A stretch of DNA of 64,000 bases from Nitrospira sp. (GCA_015903945.1 JABMDL010000007.1:11653-75652); one strand, 5' to 3'; counted from the stretch's first letter, positions 46,893 through 58,421 are shown. Numbers and translations: made by a program. The notes: generated by a model from the letters alone, not told the origin.

Positions 46893-49682
46893 CTATGGTC
46901 GCTTGTGTTTCTTTTCAACTGCCCCCTGAATATCCTCGACTAAGCGCAGACTTTTCAAGAGCGTTGGGATGTGCTCTTGCACCGTAAGATTGAAATTGAT
47001 CGGGGGAATCTTCTTGAGATCGGGGTTTCTTCCCTCCAATCGCGCACTCAGGAACAACGTACCATTTTCACCGTAGTCTACACCAACTCGCAGCACCGTG
47101 TAATGAAAGTTATTGAGCGCCTGCGTCACCAGGTGGAGTTGACTGCTGGTTTCTGAAATGACCTTCGACGATTCCGGCGCCGCTCCATACCGAATAATTC
47201 CGCCAGGAGACAATGCTGTAACCAGGCCGTCTTTAACGGCAAGGCCCGTCTGAGTGATGGACACGGGTACTGTGCCATCCAATGTTCCGGTCCCCTGGAG
47301 GTTTTGATTTTGCTCGACGCTCAAGATTTTGGCAAGATCCAGGTCGCGCAGCGAAACGGTCGCTTGAGCAACAGGATTCGCGAGATCAACTGCCAGACCC
47401 GGACTCGTGACAGTCCCTCCGAACAGATTACAACGAAATTCTTTGATCTCGACGGTCGGCAGACGGTGTGCCAGGGTCCAAGTTCCTTGGAGCGTTGTTG
47501 CCAAATTTGTTATCTCGATCCCGGTCTGGACTGAAGCGATAGAAATCGGAGCCGGCCGCGTGGTCGCGATTGATTCCAGCCCTTGCGCGTGGAGCACCAT
47601 GGTCGAGCTGATACCTCTTGCGCGATATTCGTCATACTGCACAGACAGCTTGTCAGCTGAGATCGTGGCGTCCCCGGAGGTCAACTGAAAGACTTGTGCA
47701 GGAGAGCCCATCCCACCTGACCATGCGGCCTCGAGCGTCGCCGCCATTTGGCCCTCGGTAATCTCAATGGATGCTGGAAGTCCACCCACCAACTTGCTCA
47801 ACCGGCGCTCTGCGCCATCGAATACGACCGGTCCGATTGCCGCCCGTAACATTCCTTGCCCGGCATTCAGTGACTGCTCAATAGTGGCCGCAACCAGTAC
47901 ACCCTGAGCCTGTGTCGCAATCCGAAAATCTGCTTTGACATCCGACTGTGTCGCCGCAAATGTAGCCGTCCAATCAGTTTCCGGAAGTTCCCAGGGAGAT
48001 ACCTCGAGTGATATTGAATGGATCGACGCACTTCCTCGTGTATTCCATGATGTACGAGTGAGTTCTGACTGTTCCAACCTTACCATCCCCTGACCGAGAC
48101 GAACTCGCCGTCCCATCATCTTCATAACCGGTGCACGAATCGCCATTGCAATCGGGCCCGCCGTGCAATGCAGGTCCACCACGTCGCATTGGACGGAGAA
48201 TTGCTCGGCCACCTGCACCGTCATGACCGGAATCGTCCCTGTTGCTCCCTCCACCTGTTTTGCTGTGATCGACGAGGCCGGCAGAAATATCGCCTGAACG
48301 TGTGAACGTACCAGGGACAGCGAGCCTCGTATTCCGGCGACTGCATCTTGCGCGGATAGCGCCGATGTCACTCTCTTCGGCAAGATGCCCTCGACTCGAA
48401 ACGTCCCGGATGCCGATACCAACTCAGCGCCGATCCCTTCAGCACGGCTTGTTTCAAACTCTACGACGAGCGGCCCGGACGCTGTCCCGTAACCGACCTG
48501 CAACGGCCCTTCAACGATCATGCGAATGGGTGAGTCTGACCAATACAATGTCCCCCGCACTGGCTTCGCATTGATAATCCGTATCGGCTGGTCTCCCCGA
48601 TCGAGAACCTTCCTGATCGACTCCGGAATCATCCGCGAATGCACATCGACGGTTGCCACAAGCAAAACCCCAGGGTCCAGTGTCCACGCGATCTGCCCGG
48701 CATTGCCGGAAAAGGCACCCTTGTAGGCCACCGTGACATGCTTCGCAACTCCCTTGAGTGCGGGCAACGTGACCTGCGCTTGAATGGCTCCGGCTAACCG
48801 CGTACGAGGATCATGCCAAAGCGACGTGAGCACCGCGTCAGTTGCGGCAACACCGGACCAGCTGACAGTCACATGCCCGGAGACTTTTCCCAGTTCAGGG
48901 CCGATCGGGACCAGCAACGCGATGAACGGCGCCAGCTCGCGAACATTGACTTCTAGCCGTCCAGTGACTTCAATCTGTGCCCCCTTGGGATTGGCTTGCG
49001 ACTGCCAGGAGACGATTGGCACGGCTTGAAGTCGTTGAGACACCAACATCGCCGACCAGGTACTGGCCGAATGGCCTGCAATGGTCAGCCCATACGAAGC
49101 TGTCTCACTGCCTTGAAAAGACAGCTGCCCTCCGATTTCTCCGTCTCGATACATGAGGGCGCCGGACACATTGACTTTGCGGAGCGGGCCGGTGGCCTGC
49201 TCGCGAAAAATCGTCACACGATCCAACTGCACCTCGTCGAACGGGAGGATCGGCAGGCGGTGCAGGAGGTCTCCAGCCGTCAGCAAACTCCAGGGCGATT
49301 CAACCTCATCGGCACGATCGGCAGACGCCTGCTCTCCTTCAGACGCACCCCTTGGTTGCGTATTCAAAATCTGAAGGGAGACATCAGGGAGCACAATCCG
49401 TCCAACACGTCCTTGCAGTAACTGAGGCAGGCTATAGTTAATGTCGATGTTCGTCAGGGATACCAGCAGCTTTTCCCGGCCCAACTCTTGACGAAAGGAC
49501 ACAACAGGAATCCGCATGCCTCCTAATCCGGGATATCCGAGTTGAACCATGACATGTTCGTACCCATACCGATGGAGTCCGTACGTCAGGAGAGATGACA
49601 CAACCAGCGGCAAGAGCAGATACAACCCGACCAAGACGAGCAGCCCAAGAAAGAGACGGAGTTGATATCGACGGGTAAGCAT
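46893..49682 (-). CDS. ydbH: YdbH family AsmA-like bridge protein
   Basis: N-terminal anchor, long beta-rich body and C-terminal ALNNFHY..LEGRNP..INFNL; synteny with ynbE and ydbL; start MLTRR at 49682. Confidence 0.85.
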   Translation of the reverse strand: MLTRRYQLRLFLGLLVLVGLYLLLPLVVSSLLTYGLHRYGYEHVMVQLGYPGLGGMRIPVVSFRQELGREKLLVSLTNIDINYSLPQLLQGRVGRIVLPDVSLQILNTQPRGASEGEQASADRADEVESPWSLLTAGDLLHRLPILPFDEVQLDRVTIFREQATGPLRKVNVSGALMYRDGEIGGQLSFQGSETASYGLTIAGHSASTWSAMLVSQRLQAVPIVSWQSQANPKGAQIEVTGRLEVNVRELAPFIALLVPIGPELGKVSGHVTVSWSGVAATDAVLTSLWHDPRTRLAGAIQAQVTLPALKGVAKHVTVAYKGAFSGNAGQIAWTLDPGVLLVATVDVHSRMIPESIRKVLDRGDQPIRIINAKPVRGTLYWSDSPIRMIVEGPLQVGYGTASGPLVVEFETSRAEGIGAELVSASGTFRVEGILPKRVTSALSAQDAVAGIRGSLSLVRSHVQAIFLPASSITAKQVEGATGTIPVMTVQVAEQFSVQCDVVDLHCTAGPIAMAIRAPVMKMMGRRVRLGQGMVRLEQSELTRTSWNTRGSASIHSISLEVSPWELPETDWTATFAATQSDVKADFRIATQAQGVLVAATIEQSLNAGQGMLRAAIGPVVFDGAERRLSKLVGGLPASIEITEGQMAATLEAAWSGGMGSPAQVFQLTSGDATISADKLSVQYDEYRARGISSTMVLHAQGLESIATTRPAPISIASVQTGIEITNLATTLQGTWTLAHRLPTVEIKEFRCNLFGGTVTSPGLAVDLANPVAQATVSLRDLDLAKILSVEQNQNLQGTGTLDGTVPVSITQTGLAVKDGLVTALSPGGIIRYGAAPESSKVISETSSQLHLVTQALNNFHYTVLRVGVDYGENGTLFLSARLEGRNPDLKKIPPINFNLTVQEHIPTLLKSLRLVEDIQGAVEKKHKRP

Positions 49683-49840
49683 GTCGAGGTTCACACACCA
49701 ACCGGCAGCTCGTTTTTCTGCTGGCGGCGGATGCCGGTTCCAGCTACCATATCGAAAGGACCGCCGGTCTATATGGATAATCGCCACCATACCCTGCTTA
49801 CACCACGTGAATCCACCCATAATCGGCCAGGGCTTCAACG

Positions 49841-50947
49841 ATGAAGGACCATCGCATCGCCGAGGTGACATTCTGGCCGATCGACATTCCCTTGACGGAC
49901 CCGTTTGTGGTGGCCACCGGGGCCCGTGTGGTTGCCGAAAATGTCTTTGTGCGAATTACCTTACAGAGCGGCGTTTGCGGATTTGGGGAAGCGGCACCTT
50001 TTCCCGAAGTGGGTGGCGAAGACCGTCCGTCCTGTATAGACACGCTTACCCTACTGGCGAAACGACTGGTCGGGCACTCGATCCAGAACTACCGCCAGAT
50101 GGCCCAGCAGATGGCCGATCAGGCCCCGGAACAGCCGGCCGCACGCTGTGCCATGGAAACTGCTCTCCTCGATGCCTACTGCCATGCCGCCGACATCCCG
50201 ATATGGCAGTTCTGGGGCGGAGCCGACGTGCGTCCACGGGAAACCGATATCACGATTCCCATCGGGACTGCGGATGACACCCTGGCTCTGGCACGTCACT
50301 GGTATCAGAAGGGATTTCGCCTGTTCAAGATGAAGGTCGGCAAGGATGTGGACGAGGATATCCGCCGCGTGGAAGCCGTCCACAACACCCTACCCGACGT
50401 GGCATTCATTGGCGACGGCAATCAAGGTTTCTCGCGCGAAGAATGCCTCGCCTTTGTCGACGGGATACGGCGTTTCGGTGGGAAACTCCTGCTGCTGGAG
50501 CAGCCGGTGGAGCGGGACGATCTGGAGAGCCTGGCCCACATTCGACGGACCACCGGTATTCCCGTAGCAGCCGATGAATCGGTGCGTTCTCTCGCTGATG
50601 CGCGTACCGTCGTGGGCCAGCAGGCCGCGGACTATATCAATATCAAAATTATGAAAACCGGCGTGCTCGAAGCCGCGGAAATCGCCTCCTTCACGTTGAA
50701 ATCCGGGCTCAAGCTCATGATCGGCGGCATGATCGAATCACGCCTTGCCATGGGCTGTTCCTTCGGTCTGGTCCTTGGGATCAAGGGATTCGAGGTCTTG
50801 GACTTGGATACGCCACTGCTCCTAGCGACTGATCCTGTGATGGAGGGTTATCGATATACCGGATCACAGCTTCAGCCTTGGGCAACTGCAGGGTTGGGAC
50901 TTGCTGTGAACGCCCCGTCTTATGGACAGACTACCATCGGTGCCTAG
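49841..50947 (+). CDS. Dipeptide (L-Ala-D/L-Glu) epimerase, enolase superfamily
   Basis: FKMKVG, DGNQG, EQP, ADES, NIKIMK and GGMIES..DLD. Confidence 0.88.
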   Translation: MKDHRIAEVTFWPIDIPLTDPFVVATGARVVAENVFVRITLQSGVCGFGEAAPFPEVGGEDRPSCIDTLTLLAKRLVGHSIQNYRQMAQQMADQAPEQPAARCAMETALLDAYCHAADIPIWQFWGGADVRPRETDITIPIGTADDTLALARHWYQKGFRLFKMKVGKDVDEDIRRVEAVHNTLPDVAFIGDGNQGFSREECLAFVDGIRRFGGKLLLLEQPVERDDLESLAHIRRTTGIPVAADESVRSLADARTVVGQQAADYINIKIMKTGVLEAAEIASFTLKSGLKLMIGGMIESRLAMGCSFGLVLGIKGFEVLDLDTPLLLATDPVMEGYRYTGSQLQPWATAGLGLAVNAPSYGQTTIGA

Positions 50948-50960
50948 ATACTGTGTGGCA

Positions 50961-51536
50961 TTATTTCAAGCAGAAGTTATTATCCAGCAAGCCGTCTTCT
51001 GCAACGGTGGCCTCGCCGCCTGATCGACAATTACCTTTGGATTGATTTCCCCCTGCTTCGATTGTCGGCCCGCCAACTCCTTGATCTCCAATAGGCACTC
51101 TGTTGCTGCCTAATTGTCCTCCAGCCAGGAGAACGAGTGCCGCTGGATCAGCTTTGGTTATGCTCATCTGTCCATCTTTACTCAGAGTCAAGACCATTGC
51201 CAACTGCGTTCCTGAATCAACGAGCGGGAGCGCTGTCGCATGAAAGGCCTTTCCGCCATGATCCAATTGGATGCCAACCTTGTAATATTTGAGCGATGCG
51301 GGGAACGGAAGCCCGAGGGCCTTGAGATCGTCCGTATAGACTCCATGGTTTGCGTGATACACGGCTTCCAGCCGACTGATTTCCGCCAGCACCACTTCCG
51401 CCTCAACTGACTGCGCTTTCGCCAAGGCATGCCGATGGAACACGATCGCCATCGATGTCAGCACGGCCAGGATGGCCAAGACAACCAGCATTTCAATCAG
51501 CGTAAAGCCTGAGTCATTCGTCAGACGAGTGGTCAT
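50961..51536 (-). CDS. Type IV pilin-like protein
   Basis: Prepilin motif GFTLIEMLVVLAIL and a C-terminal Cys pair. Confidence 0.85.
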   Translation of the reverse strand: MTTRLTNDSGFTLIEMLVVLAILAVLTSMAIVFHRHALAKAQSVEAEVVLAEISRLEAVYHANHGVYTDDLKALGLPFPASLKYYKVGIQLDHGGKAFHATALPLVDSGTQLAMVLTLSKDGQMSITKADPAALVLLAGGQLGSNRVPIGDQGVGGPTIEAGGNQSKGNCRSGGEATVAEDGLLDNNFCLK

Positions 51537-52156
51537 TGCCTCTTTGCCCGCGATTCCCCCAAAGGTGTGTATCTAAATCGTTGAACAACTTGATCGATAT
51601 GATCGATAGCTTGCCGCACTTCGACCGGAATCGGTGATCCCACCTGATCTACCTTGGACAGCCCCGTATGGATCACGTGGGTGTCGTGGTGAATGGACGC
51701 CATCGCGTGCTCGATATTCTCGGCGGCCTGATTGGCGCATTCAGCCAGTTCATCCAATCGATCGCTTTGGCGAAACCTCATTCTCCATCGCAGATCACCC
51801 CGTGCCCAGTGCTGCATACTCTCTTCAAGCCGATACAGTGGGCCTGCGACTCGTCGCGTCATGATGAGACTAAATATGACCGAACCGAAAAAGAGGATGG
51901 GCACAGCCACCCATACCGTTTCACTCAGCATCAACATCTCATCGGCAGCGGCTTGACGTTCCTCTAATGAACCGCCGCCGTACAGTGCCAAGAGCGGTTT
52001 GAGATGGGCCCCATAGAAAGCCAATGTGAAGAACAGAGCCGAATAGAGGAAGAGTAGCAACCCGATCCAGGCCACATACCCTTTTTGGATTCGATGGAAA
52101 AAAAATCCCTCGCGGTGATCAGTAAGCGCTGGGGTGATTAACGGAGCCGTCTGCAT
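51533..52156 (-). CDS. Two-TM HAMP-domain membrane protein
   Basis: Two TM helices then TRRVAGPLYRL..GDLRWRMRFRQSDRLDELA (HAMP); stop overlaps the pilin start. Confidence 0.75.
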   Translation of the reverse strand: MQTAPLITPALTDHREGFFFHRIQKGYVAWIGLLLFLYSALFFTLAFYGAHLKPLLALYGGGSLEERQAAADEMLMLSETVWVAVPILFFGSVIFSLIMTRRVAGPLYRLEESMQHWARGDLRWRMRFRQSDRLDELAECANQAAENIEHAMASIHHDTHVIHTGLSKVDQVGSPIPVEVRQAIDHIDQVVQRFRYTPLGESRAKRQ

Positions 52157-52292
52157 ACGCCCTCCCATTCATCACGATTAGTGACGTCCTGTTCATCTGA
52201 GCAGCATGTCAATACTCCGAGCGTATCACCGGGATCAGCACTTACCAACTAATTGGGGGATTTAGAGAGGCGCCCGGCAGATCCGACAGAGC

Positions 52293-55200
52293 TTATCTCG
52301 TCTCCTGAGGAACAGGCTCGGACGGCGAGGCGGTTCGAGGAACGTCGCTTTTTTCTTCGCTTTCGTCAGGGGTGACGAGATCCAGTGGCAGTGACAACGT
52401 ATTCGTCAGCACATCGACCGCCAACTGAGCCAATCCTGAGACACCGGATGCAAAGGATCGCACCGGCATGTACGTGACTTCGGGATCCTCCACGGCGCCC
52501 TTGACGGCGAATATCGCTGTCGCCAACCCCTTGCGCTCGCCAGCCAGAATGCGGCCGAACAGCGGAATGGTTTTTAGAAACTTCGAATAGGACCCGAACG
52601 GGCTGACGGCCGCCACAAGATCCAGTTGATCGGTCGGCAAGTCATAGTTGCCGGCAGCCGTGATCTTCAAGATCGGACTGTCGATGATCACGTTCTCGGT
52701 TTGAAACAAACCGTTCTGGATCGCAAACGTCCCGGAAATCCGGTTGTAGGGCAGCCCCTCCTTCTCAAGATCGACTTTCCCTTGCAGCACCGCGGGAAGA
52801 TTGAGCAGACTGATGATCTTCCACACCGCCCGCTCGTTGGATTTGGGGATGCGCCCGTGTTCCAACAACACCTCGGCTTTTCCGTTCAGCGAGGGATAAA
52901 CCCCATGCGGATTGCGCCCGTGACCGCGAATGGAACCGACTAACCGCATGTCACCGGTGGCACCGCGCACTTGAGTATTGGTCAGCCGCAACAGCTCCTC
53001 GACCGGCACACCCGTCGCGCGGAATGACAGCTCCACATCCGCTGGTTCTTTCCGTGGCAGTCGGGCTACCAGCCGTCCGGCAACTTGGCCACGAGCCGTT
53101 TCAGCGGAAATGCGATCGATGTCAAAGACACCGTCCTGCATCGTCACACGGGCCGACAAGGAGCCGAACTTAAGGTGTTTGTAATGACTGCGCGCGGCCG
53201 TGGCCGATAGCTCTACCTGGCCGGCCTCCGCTAAGGTTTCGAGAAATTCCCGCATAGGCGACCGGTCCCCTTTGGGAATCAGCAAACTCAGGTCCATCTG
53301 GTTCGACTCGATCTTTCCAGTGATGATCGGTCTGGCCGTCCAATTTCTGACAGACCCCTCGAACGCCACGTCGCTGTCTCGTATCCTGCACGCTAGCCGT
53401 TTGACTTCAGCGCCATTACGCACCAATTTCACACGAGCGTAAATGTCTTGAAGAGGGCCCTCCACTCCTCCCGCCGTCATCAAACCGTTGGTGAGCGCCA
53501 GCCACCCTGTAATACGCCAGGTGCTCCAGTCCCTCTCCTTCCCCTTCATGTCGAGTGAAATTTCGAGATTGCCGGCTTCAAGCCCACCTTTAGAAATCCA
53601 TTCTGGCAATCTCGAGAGCGAGACGACGCCGGTCGCCGCCGATGCATCGATACTGAAGCGTTCGCCGATCAGCACGTGCCCCTTGACGGGAATTCTCAGC
53701 GAGGGCAGGACCACTTCTAGGCGGTTCATCATCACTCCACCACTCTTGGCGGCATCGCCCTCGAATTCGAGAGCAGCCGGCGCGCCTGCGGGCTTTTCGC
53801 CAAGCCCCGGCACGATCAGCTTGGCCTCGTCGAGTACCACCAACCCGCGAAGATGTGGTGTCGCCATCAAGCCGGACAGTGTGACGTCCGCACTCACCGT
53901 TCCTTCGAATGTGCCCGGGGCGATCGCGGGCAGCGACGCCAGCCGTGCCATCGGTATGGCCCCTCCGCGCACGTGCACGTCGAAGTTTTGAAACAGGCTC
54001 GCCTCATCGCCGGTCAATGTTCCTTCTACCTGCATCTCGGCATCTCCGAGATGGCCGGTCACATGCTCAAATCGTGTTGAGCCGTTTGCGAGAATGAACC
54101 GGCCTTGCAGACCCGTCAACCGTTCCGGTAACGCCGTATGGCTGAGGCTGACGGATTGCGCCACGATCGTTCCACCGGCAAAGGTGACTCCACCGGGTTG
54201 ATTTAATGGTCCGACCAGCCGGAACGTCGGCTGCGCCGTGCCCTCTACGTCGCGGACGCCGGCCAGTACCCGTGTCAGTTGTTCGATCTTCATCGTCCTG
54301 GCAAGGAAGTCCAGCAAATGGGACCCGGCCATGGTTCCCGTGATTTCCAGTTCGAGCCACGGGCCTGCCTCAAGAAACGACACAACGGCCTTGCCCTCCG
54401 TCAGGTGAATCGCGCCATACTCTCCCGTCACGCCAGTGATACGGATACGCCCCGGCTCCACAAACACGGAGGCGGCCAGATCTTTCGCGGCGACACGGTC
54501 TTGGCCGATTAAGCCCTGTGCCTCCTGAATACGAAACTCTCCGCTGGTCGACAGTGGCACACCGGCCGCCGGCGACCCCGTCAGAGTCGCATTGATTATT
54601 TGCACCTTGCCGTCAATCTGCCGATCAACCATCAAGGTCTGAATTTGTGGGTTGATCCACTCCAGGGGTATCGTCTGCAACAATTGTGGCAACGTCACCA
54701 GCGAGCTGCTGATTGTGACGGCAAACGTCGGTTGCGGCGTCATGAGACCGGCCAGGCTGGCTTTTCCCGTCAAGGTCATCTCGTTCAGCCGTGCCGAGAG
54801 ATCGGACAGCACCAGGTCATACCCGGCCACCCCAGGCATCACTCGTACCGCGCCTTGGAGATTCACCAGACCTTGCAGACGATCCGGAATCGGGCGAGCA
54901 CCGAAAAAATCCGCCGCGGCGCGCAGGTCCAAATTGGAGGCGTCGAGACGGCCATCGAACTGAAACAATGGGGCCGTCTCGTGGGGCGCGTTACCGGTGA
55001 GCGACACCGGCTTTTCCGCTTGTTTGATCACGCCGTCCAAGGAGACCGCCGACACACCGGCAGCACTCGGATGAACAGCCGAGAGATGGAGGTCAGCTGT
55101 CCCACGATTCGGCCGAACCAGCAATTTTGCGTCAACCCGCTCAAGGGGGAGCGAACGTACGCCATCCGTTCTGGAGGCATCAATCACCGTGACAGTGCCA

Positions 55201-55667
55201 TTGACAAGCGTCACCTCCCGAATCATAAATATTCTGGTCATTGCTTCCAGCGTGTGCCGGCCGGTGTTCTCGTCCTCCTTTAACCCTTCCGGGAGGTTCC
55301 AAGAACCCGCCTCATTGCGTCGAAGCGTGAGGGTCGGCTCCTCAATCAGCAACCGCTTGCCCACGAGTTGCTTGCGAAAGAGCGGCAACAGCCGCACGAC
55401 GAGATCAACCCGCTTGGCGGACAAGAACACCTGATCTGAATTGGGATCGTGAATCGTGACCTGGGAGAGTTCGACGCGCAGACGGGGAAGGATCACGAAT
55501 TTGACACGATGCACATCGAGTTTTCTGCCGAGGCTTTCCTCCAGCTGTTGCAGGACAAATTCCTTGAGATAGTCCACACCGGTCAACTGCTGGGAGAATG
55601 ACAGAAACGCAACAGCGGATACGACCAGAACGAGGATAAGGACAAGACCACGGCGCAATGCTGACAC
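52293..55667 (-). CDS. AsmA-like protein (AsmA N-terminus, DUF3971/AsmA_2 C-terminus)
   Basis: 1124 aa, N-terminal anchor, beta-taco-like repeats and C-terminal GLPYNRISGTF..GNYDLPTDQLDL..IFAVKGAVEDPEV. Confidence 0.8.
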   Translation of the reverse strand: MSALRRGLVLILVLVVSAVAFLSFSQQLTGVDYLKEFVLQQLEESLGRKLDVHRVKFVILPRLRVELSQVTIHDPNSDQVFLSAKRVDLVVRLLPLFRKQLVGKRLLIEEPTLTLRRNEAGSWNLPEGLKEDENTGRHTLEAMTRIFMIREVTLVNGTVTVIDASRTDGVRSLPLERVDAKLLVRPNRGTADLHLSAVHPSAAGVSAVSLDGVIKQAEKPVSLTGNAPHETAPLFQFDGRLDASNLDLRAAADFFGARPIPDRLQGLVNLQGAVRVMPGVAGYDLVLSDLSARLNEMTLTGKASLAGLMTPQPTFAVTISSSLVTLPQLLQTIPLEWINPQIQTLMVDRQIDGKVQIINATLTGSPAAGVPLSTSGEFRIQEAQGLIGQDRVAAKDLAASVFVEPGRIRITGVTGEYGAIHLTEGKAVVSFLEAGPWLELEITGTMAGSHLLDFLARTMKIEQLTRVLAGVRDVEGTAQPTFRLVGPLNQPGGVTFAGGTIVAQSVSLSHTALPERLTGLQGRFILANGSTRFEHVTGHLGDAEMQVEGTLTGDEASLFQNFDVHVRGGAIPMARLASLPAIAPGTFEGTVSADVTLSGLMATPHLRGLVVLDEAKLIVPGLGEKPAGAPAALEFEGDAAKSGGVMMNRLEVVLPSLRIPVKGHVLIGERFSIDASAATGVVSLSRLPEWISKGGLEAGNLEISLDMKGKERDWSTWRITGWLALTNGLMTAGGVEGPLQDIYARVKLVRNGAEVKRLACRIRDSDVAFEGSVRNWTARPIITGKIESNQMDLSLLIPKGDRSPMREFLETLAEAGQVELSATAARSHYKHLKFGSLSARVTMQDGVFDIDRISAETARGQVAGRLVARLPRKEPADVELSFRATGVPVEELLRLTNTQVRGATGDMRLVGSIRGHGRNPHGVYPSLNGKAEVLLEHGRIPKSNERAVWKIISLLNLPAVLQGKVDLEKEGLPYNRISGTFAIQNGLFQTENVIIDSPILKITAAGNYDLPTDQLDLVAAVSPFGSYSKFLKTIPLFGRILAGERKGLATAIFAVKGAVEDPEVTYMPVRSFASGVSGLAQLAVDVLTNTLSLPLDLVTPDESEEKSDVPRTASPSEPVPQETR

Positions 55668-55900
55668 GCTATCCCCTTGAAAATACGTATAGGTTCGTGG
55701 GCATCTTACAGAAAGAATGGAGTGAAAGCTAGAAACTCTGGGGGCAAGCCTTCAATTCGCGGTGAGAAAACATCGTGCTGAACCAGCACATCTACCAAAG
55801 GCTCTCCCTGCGATCACATGGTTTCGGCCTTTGAGAACTGAATATCCCTGATCCGGCCTCCCTAGTTGACAGTCGATGGGCTCTGAGGCTACACGTCTCT

Positions 55901-57547
55901 ATGGCTATTCATCCGCTTGCCGGTAGACCTCCCCTGCCTTCCATGCTCGTCGATATCCCTGTACTCTTGGCCGCGTATCTGTCCGAGAAACCGGACTCCG
56001 CCATTCGAGAACAGCGCGTGGCCTTTGGAACATCCGGCCACCGAGGGTCATCCTTCAAGAAAAGCTTTAATGAGCCGCATATTCTAGCTGTTACTCAAGC
56101 GATTTGTGACTACCGCTCCAGTCAGGATACGACTGGCCCGCTGTTCCTGGGCTGCGATACCCATGCGCTCTCGAGACCGGCATTTCAGACAGCCCTCGAA
56201 GTCCTATCCGCCAATCACGTCGAGGTCATGATCGACAACGACGGGGGCTATACCCCAACGCCGGTCATTTCCCACGCGATCCTCTCTCACAATCGTGACC
56301 GCACCTCCGGCTTGGCCGACGGCATCGTCATTACCCCATCACATAACCCGCCGGAAGACGGAGGCATCAAATACAATCCGCCGCAGGGTGGCCCGGCAGA
56401 TACCGCAGTCACGAAGTGGATCGAAGATCGGGCCAACGGCTTACTGGCGAAGGAGCTTGCCGGCGTGCACCGCGTGTCCACTGAAGCCGCCAGACGTGCA
56501 CGCACCATCCATCGACACGATTACATGACTGCCTATGTCGGCGACCTCGGCAACGTCATCGATATGGATGTGATTCGATCCGCCAAACTGAAATTAGGCA
56601 TCGACCCGCTCGGCGGCTCCGGCATCGCCTACTGGGTGCCGATCGCGGAACGCTATGGACTGAATATTGAGATGGTCAATCCGGCCGTCGATCCCACCTT
56701 CCGCTTCATGCCGTTAGACTGGGACGGAAGAATCCGGATGGATTGTTCCTCCCCCTTTGCCATGGCGAATCTGATCGCCATGAAGGACCGTTTCGACGTG
56801 GCCTTCGGTAACGACGCGGACAACGACCGGCATGGCATCGTCACTCGGTCAGGGTTGATGAATCCCAATCATTACCTCGCCGTCTCGATCGCCTATCTTT
56901 TCGCCAATCGTCCCAGCTGGAACGCCAATGCCGGTATCGGTAAGACATTAGTGAGCAGCAGCCTCATCGACCGGGTCGCGGCCAAGCTCAAACGAACGCT
57001 CGTCGAAGTACCAGTCGGGTTCAAGTGGTTTGTGAGCGGCTTGCTCAATGGCTCGCTCGGTTTTGGCGGTGAAGAAAGTGCGGGGGCCTCGTTTCTGCGC
57101 CGTGACGGCACGGTCTGGTCCACCGATAAGGACGGCATCATCATGAACCTGCTTGCTGCCGAGATGATGGCTAAAACCGGGAAAGACCCGGCCCAACTCT
57201 ACCGTGAACTGACCGGCGAACTGGGAGAACCAGTCTACGAACGGATCGACGCCCCCGCCACGCCAAAGCAGAAGACCATTCTCTCACAATTGTCCCCCGA
57301 TCAGGTCAGAGCCTCAGCCTTGGCTGGCGACAAGATCACAGCCATGCTGACGATCGCTCCCGGTAACGGGGCAGCCATTGGAGGACTCAAGGTGGTCACC
57401 ACACAAGGCTGGTTCGCCGCCCGACCGTCCGGCACAGAGGATGTGTACAAGTTGTATGCCGAGAGCTTCCGCGGAAGGGAACATTTGAAGAGGATACAGG
57501 AAGAAGCACAGGCCCTCATCACCAATGCATTCACCTCCTCAGCATAA
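55901..57547 (+). CDS. pgm: Phosphoglucomutase (alpha-D-glucose-1,6-bisphosphate-dependent)
   Basis: [31 protein letters not shown] and [15 protein letters not shown]. Confidence 0.96.
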   Translation: MAIHPLAGRPPLPSMLVDIPVLLAAYLSEKPDSAIREQRVAFGTSGHRGSSFKKSFNEPHILAVTQAICDYRSSQDTTGPLFLGCDTHALSRPAFQTALEVLSANHVEVMIDNDGGYTPTPVISHAILSHNRDRTSGLADGIVITPSHNPPEDGGIKYNPPQGGPADTAVTKWIEDRANGLLAKELAGVHRVSTEAARRARTIHRHDYMTAYVGDLGNVIDMDVIRSAKLKLGIDPLGGSGIAYWVPIAERYGLNIEMVNPAVDPTFRFMPLDWDGRIRMDCSSPFAMANLIAMKDRFDVAFGNDADNDRHGIVTRSGLMNPNHYLAVSIAYLFANRPSWNANAGIGKTLVSSSLIDRVAAKLKRTLVEVPVGFKWFVSGLLNGSLGFGGEESAGASFLRRDGTVWSTDKDGIIMNLLAAEMMAKTGKDPAQLYRELTGELGEPVYERIDAPATPKQKTILSQLSPDQVRASALAGDKITAMLTIAPGNGAAIGGLKVVTTQGWFAARPSGTEDVYKLYAESFRGREHLKRIQEEAQALITNAFTSSA

Positions 57548-57560
57548 GTTTCATCACGTC

Positions 57561-58352
57561 ATGAGCAACCACACGGTGCGCTGGCCTCTGCCAACGCACG
57601 ACTATTGGTCCACGCCGTTCGCGGAATCGTTACTTCAGCATTTGGACCTGAGACCGGGCTTGCGGATACTCGATGTCGCCTCTGGCCATGGTATCCCCGC
57701 TTTCTATCTGGCTGAACATATTGGCCCGAGTGGAGAAGTGTTCGCGGTGGATGTCAGTGCCGGCCAGGTCGCTCGCGCAAGGGCAATTCAAGGTTCACAA
57801 TTACCCTGGCTCCGGTTTGAGTGTATGGACATGCGCTTTCTGCCGTCTAACTTAGCAACGTTTGATCGGATCACGGGCAATCTCTCTGTCATGTTCTTTC
57901 GGCCCAATCGGTTTGAGACAGCCCGTGGACTCGTCGAACGACTTCACCCGGGCGGCCAGCTTGTTTTGACCTTTCCGTCCTATGGCACATTCGATTCACT
58001 ATGGCAGGTGGTAGATCGAGTGATGATCCAGCAGAGGCGGATCATCGAGCGAGAACGCTTTCAGACCTATTTGAATGAGCGACCGTCGGCGCAGGAGGGA
58101 CGAGGTTGGCTTGAGAAACTTGATCTTGAACGGGTCGAGGCTATCGAGTATCCGCTCGAAGTCGCGACTGGACCAGGCCATGAATTTCTCCACCACCCGC
58201 TCCTTCGTAGAGGATTTCTCGATGACGTGTTCGAATGTTTCGAAGACCAGTCCCTTGCCGAGCGATTCATGACCGACATCGCTCACGACATTACCCCATT
58301 CACCCCGCTGATCGCCCATCGCTGTGTGCTCTCAGGATGGAAAAAGATGTGA
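57561..58352 (+). CDS. Class I SAM-dependent methyltransferase
   Basis: ILDVASGHG motif I, AVDVS and FDRIT. Confidence 0.85.
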   Translation: MSNHTVRWPLPTHDYWSTPFAESLLQHLDLRPGLRILDVASGHGIPAFYLAEHIGPSGEVFAVDVSAGQVARARAIQGSQLPWLRFECMDMRFLPSNLATFDRITGNLSVMFFRPNRFETARGLVERLHPGGQLVLTFPSYGTFDSLWQVVDRVMIQQRRIIERERFQTYLNERPSAQEGRGWLEKLDLERVEAIEYPLEVATGPGHEFLHHPLLRRGFLDDVFECFEDQSLAERFMTDIAHDITPFTPLIAHRCVLSGWKKM

Positions 58353-58421
58353 CATTCAGCTCAAGACAGCGATTCAGCATGACAGATGCGAGGGCGAGCA
58401 CTGCGGATGCTTGATGGATGC

